From assembly GCA_963727525.1 (NCBI GenBank), contig CAVSGO010000003.1:384001-448000 (forward strand): a stretch of DNA of 64,000 bases. Direction: 5' to 3'. The DNA is from an uncultured bacterium (lineage in GTDB: Bacteria > Krumholzibacteriota > Krumholzibacteriia > LZORAL124-64-63). How positions within the stretch are numbered: the first letter of the stretch is position 1; every line of letters starts with the position of its first letter. The position numbers and the translations under genes were made by a program. The notes below the pieces were generated by a model. It searched no databases. It was not told the DNA's origin and saw only the letters and a program-made list of their open reading frames with translations. Of this stretch, positions 37,063 to 46,126 are shown piece by piece.

Positions 37063-39720
37063 ATGCCTAGCCCGAGCCGTCATTTGCGCCTGCGCACCGG
37101 CGTCCTCGTCTGCGCGTGGCTGGTTGCGTCCACGGCGCTCGCCCGCCCGCCGATCCGGCGCGCGTTCTTCAATGTCTACCCGTCGGCGACCGGCAGCGGT
37201 CTCGACGACCTGCCGAGTAACGGCGGCCACTGCGGCGTGTGCCACTTCGACTTCGGCGGCGGCGGACCGCGCAATCCCTACGGCCTCGCGGTGGAGATCG
37301 CGATCGGTCAGCTCGGCGACTACGAGGCCGCCGTGGCGTCCGTCGCCGGCAGCGATGCCGACAACGACGGCTTCACGAGCGACGTCGAGATCACCGACAC
37401 CGCGCACTTCGCCAACACACCCAAGTATCCCGGTCTGCGCGACGACCAGATCGGACAGGTCGTCAACGTGGACCCCGCCGACCTCGTCGGTTATCTCGTG
37501 CCGGCCGGCGGCAGCGACACCGAGCCGCCGATCGTGACCGTCAGCGCACCGGCCGGCGGCGAGGTCGTCGACCCCGGCCAGCAGGTCGTCCTGAGCTGGA
37601 CGGCGACCGATCCCTCGGGCATCACCGCTATCACGATCAAGCACAGCGACGACGGTGGCCTCACTTTCCGCACCAAGGCGCGTAACCTGCCGGACACCAG
37701 CACCTGGACCTGGTTCGTGCCCAACCGTCCCGGCGCCAGCAACCTCATCCGCATCGAGGCGCGCGACGGCGCCAGCAACGTCGGCCACGACGATAGCGCC
37801 GTGTTCACCATCACGGCCGTCACGGGTGGTACCGTGCCCACGTCGTTGCGCGACTTCGATCTGCCGGGCACACAGCCGCTCGAGGCAGGCATTCTCGACG
37901 ATCCGTCGACCACGTGCGTCACCTGCCACGGGAACTATGCCGCCGACGTCGAACCGTACGCCAACTGGCAAGGCAGCTTGATGGCGCAGGCCCAGCGCGA
38001 TCCGTTGTTTCTGGCCACCGTCGTCATCGCCGAGCAAGATGCGCCGGGCGTCGGCGATCTGTGCCTGCGCTGCCATACGCCGGGCGGCTGGCAAGAGGCC
38101 CATTCCGATGACACGCACGGCGGCATGATCACCGCGAAGGATCGGCAAAGCGTGCAGTGTGATTTCTGCCATCGCCAAGTCGATCCCCAGTACACGGTCG
38201 GCGTCAGTCCGCTGCGCGACGAGGGTATCCTGGCGGCGCTCGCCGCGATCCCGCACACCACGGCCAACGGCCAGTTCGTCACCGATCCCGATCCGATCCG
38301 ACGCGGACCGTACGCCGACGCCCAGGCGGCGCACGAATTCCTCGCCTCGCCATTCCATCGCGAGGGCGAGATCTGCGCCACTTGCCACGACGTGTCGAAT
38401 CCCGAGTTCTTGCTCGGAGCGCAGCCAGGCGTGTACGAACCGAGCGAGTTCGACGCGCCCCATCCCGATGGCGATCTGCGCCATATGTTCCCGATCGAGC
38501 GCACGTCGAGCGAGTGGAGCCAGAGCGCCTACGCGAACGGCGGCGTGTACGCACCGCAGTTCGCGGGCAACAAACCCGACGGCATCGTCGCCATTTGCCA
38601 GGATTGCCACATGCGCGACGTCACCGGACGCGGTGCCGCCGGTGGACCCAACCGCAGCGACCTCGCGCTGCACGACTTCACCGGCGGCAACGCCTTCATC
38701 GGCGACCTGCTGCCGGCCATCTGGGGTAGCGAGGTCGACGCCACCGCGCTGCAGAACGCCAAGGCGCGGGCCATCGCCATGCTCCATCTCGCGGCCACAC
38801 TGACAGCAAGCAGCACCATCGTGGACGGTGCTCCCCGGCTCGACGTGACGGTGACCAACGAGACCGGTCACAAGTTCCCGTCCGGTTATCCCGAGGGTCG
38901 CCGCATCTGGTTGAACGTGCGAGCGTACGATGCGCAGGATCAGCTCGTCTACGAGTCGGGCGCCTACGAGGCCGCGACGGGCGTGCTCACCCACGACGCC
39001 GACGCGAAGATCTACCACATCGAGCCCGGCATCTCCGCGCGTCTCGGCGCCCTCCTTGGCGTCACCCCCGGACCGTCGTTCCACTTTGCGCTGAACGACA
39101 CCGTGTACCTCGACAACCGCATCCCGCCGCGTGGCTTCACCAACGCCGGCTTCGCCGCCGTCCAGAGTCCATCTGTGGGTAACGCCTACGCCGACGGTCA
39201 GTACGACGACACGACGGCGTACACCCTGCCCTTCGCCGCGCGCCGCGCCGACGTCACGCTCTACTACCAGACGACCTCGAAGGAATACATCGAGTTCCTG
39301 CGTGACACGAACGTCACCGACGACAAGGGACAAGTTCTGTACGACGCCTGGATCGCCCACGGCCGCGCCGCGCCGGTGGCCATGGCGGCGGCCTCAGTCG
39401 TCATCGACATCAGCACCGCGGCGGCGGACCAGGTGCCTCCCGCGGCAACCGTGCTGCTGCCGGCGGCGCCCAACCCGTTCAACCCGTCGACACGCCTGGT
39501 CTATCGCCTGGCCCGCACCAGCGACGTCAGCCTGCGCATTTACGACGCGCGCGGGCGCCTCGTGCGCACCTTGGCCACCGGTCCGCGAGACGCCGGTGAG
39601 TACACCGTCACCTGGGATGGTTCCAACGAGCGGGGCCAGACCCAGCCGTCGGGTGTGTACTTCGGCCTGTTGACGACCCCCGGCACGCGTCTACAACAGC
39701 AGTTCGCGCTCGTGCGCTAG
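37063..39720 (+). CDS. Secreted hexaheme c-type cytochrome with Ig-like domain and FlgD/T9SS-type CTD
   Basis: GGGAGG RBS; signal peptide; CGVCH, CVTCH, CLRCH, CDFCH, CATCH, CQDCH; GHKFPSG; CTD PNPFNP...IYDARGRLV...WDG...SGVYF. Confidence 0.9.
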   Translation: MPSPSRHLRLRTGVLVCAWLVASTALARPPIRRAFFNVYPSATGSGLDDLPSNGGHCGVCHFDFGGGGPRNPYGLAVEIAIGQLGDYEAAVASVAGSDADNDGFTSDVEITDTAHFANTPKYPGLRDDQIGQVVNVDPADLVGYLVPAGGSDTEPPIVTVSAPAGGEVVDPGQQVVLSWTATDPSGITAITIKHSDDGGLTFRTKARNLPDTSTWTWFVPNRPGASNLIRIEARDGASNVGHDDSAVFTITAVTGGTVPTSLRDFDLPGTQPLEAGILDDPSTTCVTCHGNYAADVEPYANWQGSLMAQAQRDPLFLATVVIAEQDAPGVGDLCLRCHTPGGWQEAHSDDTHGGMITAKDRQSVQCDFCHRQVDPQYTVGVSPLRDEGILAALAAIPHTTANGQFVTDPDPIRRGPYADAQAAHEFLASPFHREGEICATCHDVSNPEFLLGAQPGVYEPSEFDAPHPDGDLRHMFPIERTSSEWSQSAYANGGVYAPQFAGNKPDGIVAICQDCHMRDVTGRGAAGGPNRSDLALHDFTGGNAFIGDLLPAIWGSEVDATALQNAKARAIAMLHLAATLTASSTIVDGAPRLDVTVTNETGHKFPSGYPEGRRIWLNVRAYDAQDQLVYESGAYEAATGVLTHDADAKIYHIEPGISARLGALLGVTPGPSFHFALNDTVYLDNRIPPRGFTNAGFAAVQSPSVGNAYADGQYDDTTAYTLPFAARRADVTLYYQTTSKEYIEFLRDTNVTDDKGQVLYDAWIAHGRAAPVAMAAASVVIDISTAAADQVPPAATVLLPAAPNPFNPSTRLVYRLARTSDVSLRIYDARGRLVRTLATGPRDAGEYTVTWDGSNERGQTQPSGVYFGLLTTPGTRLQQQFALVR

Positions 39721-39740
39721 CCGGCCGATCGCTGCCTGTG

Positions 39741-39773
39741 ATGGCCACGGCCGGGGCGACCGGTCGTGGCCGT
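39741..39773. terminator. Hairpin after the cytochrome gene
   Basis: ATGGCCACGGCCGG/CCGGTCGTGGCCGT stem with G-U pairs. Confidence 0.55.
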
Positions 39774-39970
39774 CAGACGCGCTCCCGCCGCTCCTCGACA
39801 CAGCCGTACAGCACCGGCATCACGACCAACGCCAGGATCGTGCACGTGATGAGGCGGCCCATCACGACCACGGTCAGAGGCTTCTAGATGTCGGCGCCGG
39901 ATCCCGTGGCGAAGAGCATCGGCAGATGGCCGATGAAGCTCGTGAGCGCCGTCATCAAGAGCGGGCGCAC
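39773..39970 (-). pseudogene. C-terminal remnant of a CusA/CzcA-type RND efflux permease
   Basis: VRPLLMTALTSFIGHLPMLFATGSGADI*KPLTVVVMGRLITCTILALVVMPVLY, with in-frame TAG at 39884-39886. Confidence 0.8.
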
Positions 39971-40126
39971 GAAGGCGCCGATGGTGCTGATCTCGTCGGG
40001 GGTGAAGGCGTCCCAGGCAGCGCCGCCGCGGCGGGCCACGAAGAGATCCCAGTACTTCTCGAAGTGGTCTTCAGGGCGTCAGGCGGCAGGAAGGCGCGGG
40101 CGTCGCAGGAGTCGAGGGCGATGGTC
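39970..40126 (-). pseudogene. Diverged fragment paralogous to the C-terminal part of the discoidin/glycosidase gene (23497-23654)
   Basis: Alignable by eye: TIALDSCDARAFLPP...FEKYWDLFVARRGGAAWDAFTPDEISTIGAF versus TIALDPVDARTILPP...FEKYWDFFTARRDGAPWDAFTPYEIRTIGAF. Confidence 0.8.
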
Positions 40127-40597
40127 ATCGTCGGAGCGGCGAGTTGGAGCTGCTGACCGATGTGGATGAAGTTCGAGGGGGATTCTGGACTGGCGGTCGA
40201 GCCGGTACTGGTGACGGCAGCCCCCGGGATGGTCGTACTCTCGCAGCCGAGCCAAACGGGGATGGTCGTGATGCAGACGCCCCAGCTGAATCCGGCTCAT
40301 CCCAACTTCTGTAACCCAAGGATAGGACCAGTATCAGGGAGTTCGGTCTGCGGTACTGCGACAGCAACGGTTCGATGATCTGGCCTCACGTCGGCCTTCT
40401 CGGCGGACGCTCGCGGCCGTCGAAAAGCCACGACACCACGGAACCGCAGCGCGCGGCGCCCGTCATCCACGTCTCGGCGTCGAGCGGCGTCGACTCTACG
40501 GCCAGACCGTATCGGTGGCGACGGGGACCTTCGATACGGACCACGGCGAGGAGTTCCCGCGCGTCGTGCCGCCGTACGAGAGCCCGTCCCCCGCAGG

Positions 40598-41722
40598 TCA
40601 ATCTGCACGTTTCTCCCGGTGCAGGCAGGTTAGGATTTCCAGGTAGAGTCGTGCGGCGCGTGCGACCTGTTCGAACGAAACGGATTCGTCACGCGTGTGC
40701 GCCTTGGACAGCTGACCCGGCCCCAGGATGATCGGCTTGCAGTGGATATCCCATAGCATGTTGGCATCCGAATGGCTGCGGAACGACCCCGGCGACCAGG
40801 TCATGTCGAGATGTCGATAAGCCGCCATGATCGACCGGGGTAATGTGCCCTCCTGAGGGAGTTCGAAGCCGCGCGCCATGGTTGGGAATCCTAGCTCGTA
40901 GTGCGTCACGGCACTGCCCTTCAGGCTCTCCTGGATCAATGCTTCCAGGCCTTCGGACAGGCGATCCAGCGGGGCGCTCGGGGGTAGATGCAGATCGACC
41001 CAGACGGCGCAGCGATCCGGCACGGCGAAGCCGGATTCGGAACTGTGCAGATCCCGGATGTTGAGGATGGCCTCGGGAAACTCCTTTTCGATCCACTCGG
41101 CCACGCGGAGCAGCATGCGCAACGTGCTGAAGATGGCATTGTAGTCCTGTCCCGCCTGAGCGGCGTGGCGCCGCGTGCCGAATGCGCGCACCAGCATCTC
41201 GACGTAGCTGTAATGATCGAAGCAGGGCACCAGATCGGTAGGCTCTGCAATCACGACCCAGGGGTATTGCCAATCGTCCAGCAGGGCTGCCGTGCCATCC
41301 CCGGATTCCTCTTCTCCGACCACCAGAAAGAGACCGGCCCGCTGCGGCTGGTTTCCGGATTCCAAATAGGACAGAAAGCCCTCGATCAGGGCCGCACAGC
41401 CGCCCTTCATGTCTGCTGTGCCCAGGCCGTAGACCAGACCTTCCCGTTCGTCGTAGTCATACCGTTCGATGTCGAAGGCGGCGACGGTGTCCACGTGCCC
41501 CAGGAAGGCCACGTCAGGGCTGGCGCCGGGCCAGACGACCTCGATATTGTGTCGCCCCTCGGTCACCTCTCGCAGGATGACGGGCAAACCCGCCTCGCGC
41601 AGCCATTCCACGAGGAAGGTGACGATCTCGCCTTCCTTTCCCGAAGGGCTGTAGATGTCCACCATCTGCCTGAACAGATTCTTCAACCGGTCGGGCTGGA
41701 TCTCCAGGGATCGGTGGCTCAT
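40598..41722 (-). CDS. M20/ArgE-like metallo-amidohydrolase (deacetylase)
   Basis: GHVDTV, GLGTADMKGG, GEEESG, AEPT, SDAN, AHTRDE. Confidence 0.9.
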   Translation of the reverse strand: MSHRSLEIQPDRLKNLFRQMVDIYSPSGKEGEIVTFLVEWLREAGLPVILREVTEGRHNIEVVWPGASPDVAFLGHVDTVAAFDIERYDYDEREGLVYGLGTADMKGGCAALIEGFLSYLESGNQPQRAGLFLVVGEEESGDGTAALLDDWQYPWVVIAEPTDLVPCFDHYSYVEMLVRAFGTRRHAAQAGQDYNAIFSTLRMLLRVAEWIEKEFPEAILNIRDLHSSESGFAVPDRCAVWVDLHLPPSAPLDRLSEGLEALIQESLKGSAVTHYELGFPTMARGFELPQEGTLPRSIMAAYRHLDMTWSPGSFRSHSDANMLWDIHCKPIILGPGQLSKAHTRDESVSFEQVARAARLYLEILTCLHREKRAD

Positions 41723-42210
41723 CGGGTGGATGCATCCAGATTGAGGGTCATGTAGATGTGGTCGATGGGGTTCGTGAAACCCTTGGACTGGAAGAACCGG
41801 ACGGCGCGGTCGTTATCGGCCTGCGTGTCGACGAGGAGCATCCGCACACCCGCGGCCTGGACCAGATCGCGATAGCGATCGAAGAGGCGTTCGCCGATGC
41901 CCTGTCCGGCGAAGTCCGGGTCCACGCCCAGCCACAGGAGATGACCGTAGTTCCAGGCGGTATGTCGTTTCTCGATGATGCTGCCCAGCAGAAATCCAAC
42001 GACGCGTTCTTCAATATGGGCCACCGACATGTATTCGGGCTCGGAATTGAACAGGTGGGTGACTTCGTATTCGTCCCAGGTCCGATAGAGGTTCGAGGCC
42101 TCCTGGGAGGTGAACAGCCGTTCGCCCAGGTGGAAGATGGCGGGCAGATCGTCGATCGTTGCGACCCGGAATCTGATGTCGTGGTGGGGGCTCGACTCTG
42201 TCGTGCTCAT
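41719..42210 (-). CDS. GNAT N-acetyltransferase
   Basis: LGVDPDFAGQGIG acetyl-CoA motif, NDRAVRFFQSKGF. Confidence 0.9.
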   Translation of the reverse strand: MSTTESSPHHDIRFRVATIDDLPAIFHLGERLFTSQEASNLYRTWDEYEVTHLFNSEPEYMSVAHIEERVVGFLLGSIIEKRHTAWNYGHLLWLGVDPDFAGQGIGERLFDRYRDLVQAAGVRMLLVDTQADNDRAVRFFQSKGFTNPIDHIYMTLNLDASTR

Positions 42211-42414
42211 GGATCGTCTTCCTGTAGGACGGCGTGCTCCGAATGATCGTCAAGTTAGAGCAGAACCTGCCTGATAGAAAGTCAGGACCTCCATGTCGAC
42301 GTCGTCGCCACGCCCGCGTTCGTGGACGCGGGCGCCGTCTCGATCTAGTCTGGGAGCGACGAGGACTGCCGTCGCGATGCGCGGCGCCCCCCTTTCCGGG
42401 AGCGATCACGGCCC

Positions 42415-43812
42415 ATGGATCTCCAGCGACTCTGGTGGCGTACCCGTCGCCTCATCCAGCACGACATCTGGCAACTGCCGGAGCAGGTCCCCGACGGCCG
42501 GCGTTCGTCCGTGCTGCGGCTGCTGCGCATCGTGGTGCTGGCGGCGCGAGGATTCGCCGCCGACTCGCTGCAGCTGCGGGCGTCGGCCCTGGTCTACTAT
42601 ACCCTGCTGTCCGTGGTGCCCACCCTGGCGCTGGCCTTCGGCATCGCCAAGGGCTTCGGCCTGGAGACTGCCCTGGAGGAGGCGCTGCGCCACCAGCTGG
42701 CCAGCCAGCAGGAGGTGCTGGACCGGGTCATCGAATTCTCGCGGACATTGCTGACCAATACGCGGGGCGGCCTGGTGGCCGGGGCGGGCGTCGCGGTGCT
42801 GTTCTGGGCGGTGGTGCGCATGCTGAACAACATCGAGGCGTCGTTCAACGCCATCTGGGGCGTGGATCGGGGCCGCACTGCCGTGCGCAAGATCACCGAC
42901 TACCTGGCCATCGCCGTGCTGGCGCCGCTGCTGCTCCTGGCCAGCAGCAGTTCGGCGGTGACGATCAGCGGACGCGTGAACGCCGTGCTGGCCCAGCTGG
43001 GCGCGGCCGAACCGGTGAGCGGTGTGGTGCAGGCCGGGCTGGGACTGGTGCCGTATGTCATCCTCTGGCTGCTCATGACCCTGGTGTACCTGGCCATGCC
43101 CAACACGTCGGTGAGCTGGCGAGCTGGGCTGGCCGCCGGGGTGGTGGCGGGCACCCTCATCCAGCTGGTGCAGTTCGGCTACATCGGGGTGATGGTCAAA
43201 GTCACCCGGTACAACGCCATCTACGGCAGCTTCGCGGCGCTGCCGCTGTTCCTGATCTGGCTGTACGTGAGCTGGCTCATCGTGCTGGTGGGCGCGGAGG
43301 TGTCGTTCGCCGTGGACAACGCCGGGGACTATGCCCGCGAACGGGCGGCAAGCGGCGCCAGCCACCGCCAGCGGCGGCTGCTGGCGGTGCGCCTGGCGGG
43401 GGTGAGCGCCGCGCGGTTTCTGCGAGGCGACCCGCCCATCACAGCCGCCGAACTGGCGGAGCACCTGGGCGTGCCGGTGCGCCTGGCCCACACCGTGCTG
43501 CACGACCTGGTGCGGGCGTCGGTTCTGGTGGAGGTGCGCGACGAGCCGAGCCGGCCGCCGGCCTACCAGCCGGCCCGCGACCCCGGGTCGGTCTCCGTGG
43601 TGGAGGTGGCGCGGGCGTTCGACGGGCTGGCGGGCGCCAGCGAGGATCGGTCGCCGCCAGGGGTGGAACCGCCCGACCCGGTGCCCGACTCCGCCCTCGG
43701 CGAGGTGGTCGGACGCTGGGCTGGGCTGGACCGGGTGCTGGACACGGCCGCCGACAACTGGACCCTGGCGCGGCTGGCCCAGGCCGAGCGGGAACCTGAC
43801 GTCTCCGACTAA
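42415..43812 (+). CDS. YihY/BrkB family membrane protein with C-terminal winged-helix-like extension
   Basis: RASALVYYTLLSVVP, IEASFNAIW, YNAIYGSFAALPLFLIWLY. Confidence 0.9.
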   Translation: MDLQRLWWRTRRLIQHDIWQLPEQVPDGRRSSVLRLLRIVVLAARGFAADSLQLRASALVYYTLLSVVPTLALAFGIAKGFGLETALEEALRHQLASQQEVLDRVIEFSRTLLTNTRGGLVAGAGVAVLFWAVVRMLNNIEASFNAIWGVDRGRTAVRKITDYLAIAVLAPLLLLASSSSAVTISGRVNAVLAQLGAAEPVSGVVQAGLGLVPYVILWLLMTLVYLAMPNTSVSWRAGLAAGVVAGTLIQLVQFGYIGVMVKVTRYNAIYGSFAALPLFLIWLYVSWLIVLVGAEVSFAVDNAGDYARERAASGASHRQRRLLAVRLAGVSAARFLRGDPPITAAELAEHLGVPVRLAHTVLHDLVRASVLVEVRDEPSRPPAYQPARDPGSVSVVEVARAFDGLAGASEDRSPPGVEPPDPVPDSALGEVVGRWAGLDRVLDTAADNWTLARLAQAEREPDVSD

Positions 43813-44011
43813 TCCTGGGCGCTGGGCTTTTCGGTGAACAAGTAGTCCTTCAGCTTCGAGTCGAAGGCCGCATCGCGGCGGCGGATCCACTCGAGCACCA
43901 TGGCGGCGTGTTCCTTCTCCTCGTCGCGATTGTGGACGAGGATGGCCTCGAGGTGCTCGTCCTCGGTCACGTCGATGCGCTGGTCGGCTCGTGGTAGCTG
44001 GGGTTGGCCAT
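43809..44011 (-). pseudogene. Encapsulated ferritin (EncFtn/Flp) gene with an internal frameshifting deletion
   Basis: GGAGAG RBS then MANPSYHEP joined out of frame to DQRIDVTEDEHLEAILVHNRDEEKEHAAMVLEWIRRRD...LKDYLFT*; 203 nt, not a multiple of 3. Confidence 0.85.
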
Positions 44012-44199
44012 GGAGGGGTCCTCTCCTTGAATTGGAACACGGGTGGACGGGATGAGCGAGCGGCGATGGCGCCGACCGCTAGCGGGATCGGCTCCGTGAT
44101 TCCGGATACCCACACCGAAATATCAGGATACCGTCGATGGCCAACGGCTGGTGGTTCTCGCAACTCATTCCTAGGTTCGGTGATGAGGAAGGTGTCGCC

Positions 44200-44340
44200 A
44201 TGGCCTGCGAGTTCGACGTCCTGATCATCGGCACGGGCACTGCCGCGTATCAGATGGCGGCGGCAGGCGTGGTGGGCCAGAGCCGCGTGGCCATCGCGGG
44301 CGACCACACCCTGGAGGTGGCGGCGCGTCGTGGTGGTGGA
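44200..44340 (+). pseudogene. N-terminal remnant of an FAD-dependent pyridine nucleotide-disulfide oxidoreductase
   Basis: MACEFDVLIIGTGTAA dinucleotide-binding start after a GAGGAAGG RBS; quickly degenerates. Confidence 0.55.
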
Positions 44341-44342
44341 GC

Positions 44343-44497
44343 CCGGCGCTGGCGGCCGGCCGCCTGTGCCGCCTGAATGCCGACACCCTGGTGTCCCGTC
44401 TGCGCCGACCGCGCCCCGCTGGCACGACGGAGATCCTACTCACCCCGGTGGAGTTCCTCGCACGTCTGGTCGATCCGCTCGCCCCACCGCACAAGCT
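44343..44497 (+). mobile_element. IS91/ISCR-family (Y2) transposase fragment
   Basis: PALAAGRLCRLNADTLVSRLRRPRPAGTTEILLTPVEFLARLVDPLAPPHK resembles the Y2 transposase motif RP.ALERL...LVYRL.KP..DG.T.L.LTPLE...RL...PPP. Confidence 0.65.
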
Positions 44498-44604
44498 CGC
44501 AAGATTCGCATCGATTCGGCTCCGGCTGGTGGCGAGGATCCTCGGCGGCTCGATCAGGATATGATACATTCGGAGCACCGAATTATGAAACTGCTAGCCG
44601 CGAG

Positions 44605-44640
44605 AGCGGCGCTTCGGGGGGAAGCGGCGCTTCGGGGGGA
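44605..44640 (+). repeat. Perfect 18-bp tandem duplication including the RBS
   Basis: AGCGGCGCTTCGGGGGGA twice, directly before ATG 44647. Confidence 0.9.
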
Positions 44641-44646
44641 GCTGCC

Positions 44647-45702
44647 ATGTCGAGTACTTTTGCACTGATCATCATTGTCGGTGTCACCGGATTCGCCGCC
44701 GCCGCCGATCTCGGACCGACGGCGCCCGTCAAGCCCGCGGCGGTTTCGACGCCAAACGTTCCCGGCGAGCGCCAAGGCGGCGACACCGTCGAGACGGCCT
44801 TCCCGATCCCCGATCTCCCGTACAGCGCCACCGGGACGACCATCGGCTTCACCAATGACTACGATATCGAATGCCCCTGGGGTGGCAGCACCTCGCCGGA
44901 CGTATGCTATGCCTACACGCCCGCTCACGACGTCCTCATCGACGTCGATTTCTGCCACTCGAGCTACGACACCAAGGCGTACATCTTCGACAGCCATTAC
45001 GACATCGTGGCCTGCAATGACGACGCCTACTTCGAACCGCCGTGTTTCGTCTACTCGTCCCGGATCGATCGCGCGTCGCTCGCGGCCGGCGAGACGTACA
45101 CCATCGTCATCGACGGCTACTCGGGGGCAGCCGGCGCCTTCGTGATGGACGTGATGGAGTTCGTTCCCTGCCACCTCGACTGCCCGGCGGGCGCCGTCGC
45201 GGAGGGTGAACCGCCCCTCGACGATGACTACTACGACACGTGGAACAGCGGCTGCAACGATGCGGGCCTCGCTTTTCAGTCCCTCGTGGGCGACGTCGGC
45301 GGTTCGCTGGCCTTCTGTGGCCACGCCGGCTGGTACGGGACGTCCGGGATCACGATCCGTGACACCGACTGGTTCATCCTGACGATGGGGCCCACAGGTA
45401 CCATCGAGGTGACGATGGACGCGGAGTGGGAGACGTACATGTTCGAGATCGGCCCGCAGAACTGCGATGACGTGGCCGTCATCCAGCAGGCGATCGCCGG
45501 GCGCTGCTCGACGGCCGACCTGACGATCACCGGCTACGCGCCGGACGCGGTCGTGTGGTTCTGGGCGGGCTCGACGATGTTCCAGCCGCCCGCGGGTTTC
45601 GACTCGGAGTACATCTACGTGGCCTCGTTCACGGGACTGGCGCCGGGCGCCGTGGCGACCGAGGCGGCAACGTGGTCGACCTTGAAGGCAATGTGGGAGT
45701 AG
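44647..45702 (+). CDS. Secreted Cys/Asp-rich hypothetical protein ending ATWSTLKAMWE
   Basis: Signal peptide; GGDT...PYSATGTT...SPDV...ACNDD beta-sandwich-like module; W-x-x-L-K tail. Confidence 0.8.
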   Translation: MSSTFALIIIVGVTGFAAAADLGPTAPVKPAAVSTPNVPGERQGGDTVETAFPIPDLPYSATGTTIGFTNDYDIECPWGGSTSPDVCYAYTPAHDVLIDVDFCHSSYDTKAYIFDSHYDIVACNDDAYFEPPCFVYSSRIDRASLAAGETYTIVIDGYSGAAGAFVMDVMEFVPCHLDCPAGAVAEGEPPLDDDYYDTWNSGCNDAGLAFQSLVGDVGGSLAFCGHAGWYGTSGITIRDTDWFILTMGPTGTIEVTMDAEWETYMFEIGPQNCDDVAVIQQAIAGRCSTADLTITGYAPDAVVWFWAGSTMFQPPAGFDSEYIYVASFTGLAPGAVATEAATWSTLKAMWE

Positions 45703-45730
45703 GTCGCGCCACTCGCTGCCGCCGCGTCGG

Positions 45731-45833
45731 CTAGCGCGGCGGCGTGAACAGGAAGGGCACGCGGAAAGTGGTGGTGCCCTCGTCGACCGGCGGCGGTGAC
45801 GGTGAGACTCACGACGAGCTTACCGCGCAGCCG
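45731..45833 (-). pseudogene. Internally deleted remnant of a TonB-C-like (AgmX/PglI C-terminal) domain
   Basis: RLRGKLVVSLTVTAAG joined out of frame to VDEGTTTFRVPFLFTPPR*. Confidence 0.55.
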
Positions 45834-46126
45834 ACAGCGGCGCCGCTCGGCGAAACGGTGGAAAACTCGAGGCCTCTCGCCGCTCGACCCGGGGGCGACG
45901 CCGGGTGAAAAAGTGGTTTGGAGTGCCTATACCCCGAAGGAATGAGAGACCGGGAATCGGGATGAATCGTCACACGGGAACGAGAGCATCGACTCGGACG
46001 TGAACACCCAGGACATGGGCCCCCTCTGGACATGCCGCGCAACCAGGTGGTATCCTGTCCGGATTCGCAACGATTCGTCCGCGGCGCGCCGCGCGAGGCC
46101 GTCGTCACCTCGATGGGAGCCACACC

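Noticed and set aside
40127-40597. Short ORFs between the chimera and the M20 gene
   Set aside because: No recognisable motifs in any frame; probably further decayed DNA.
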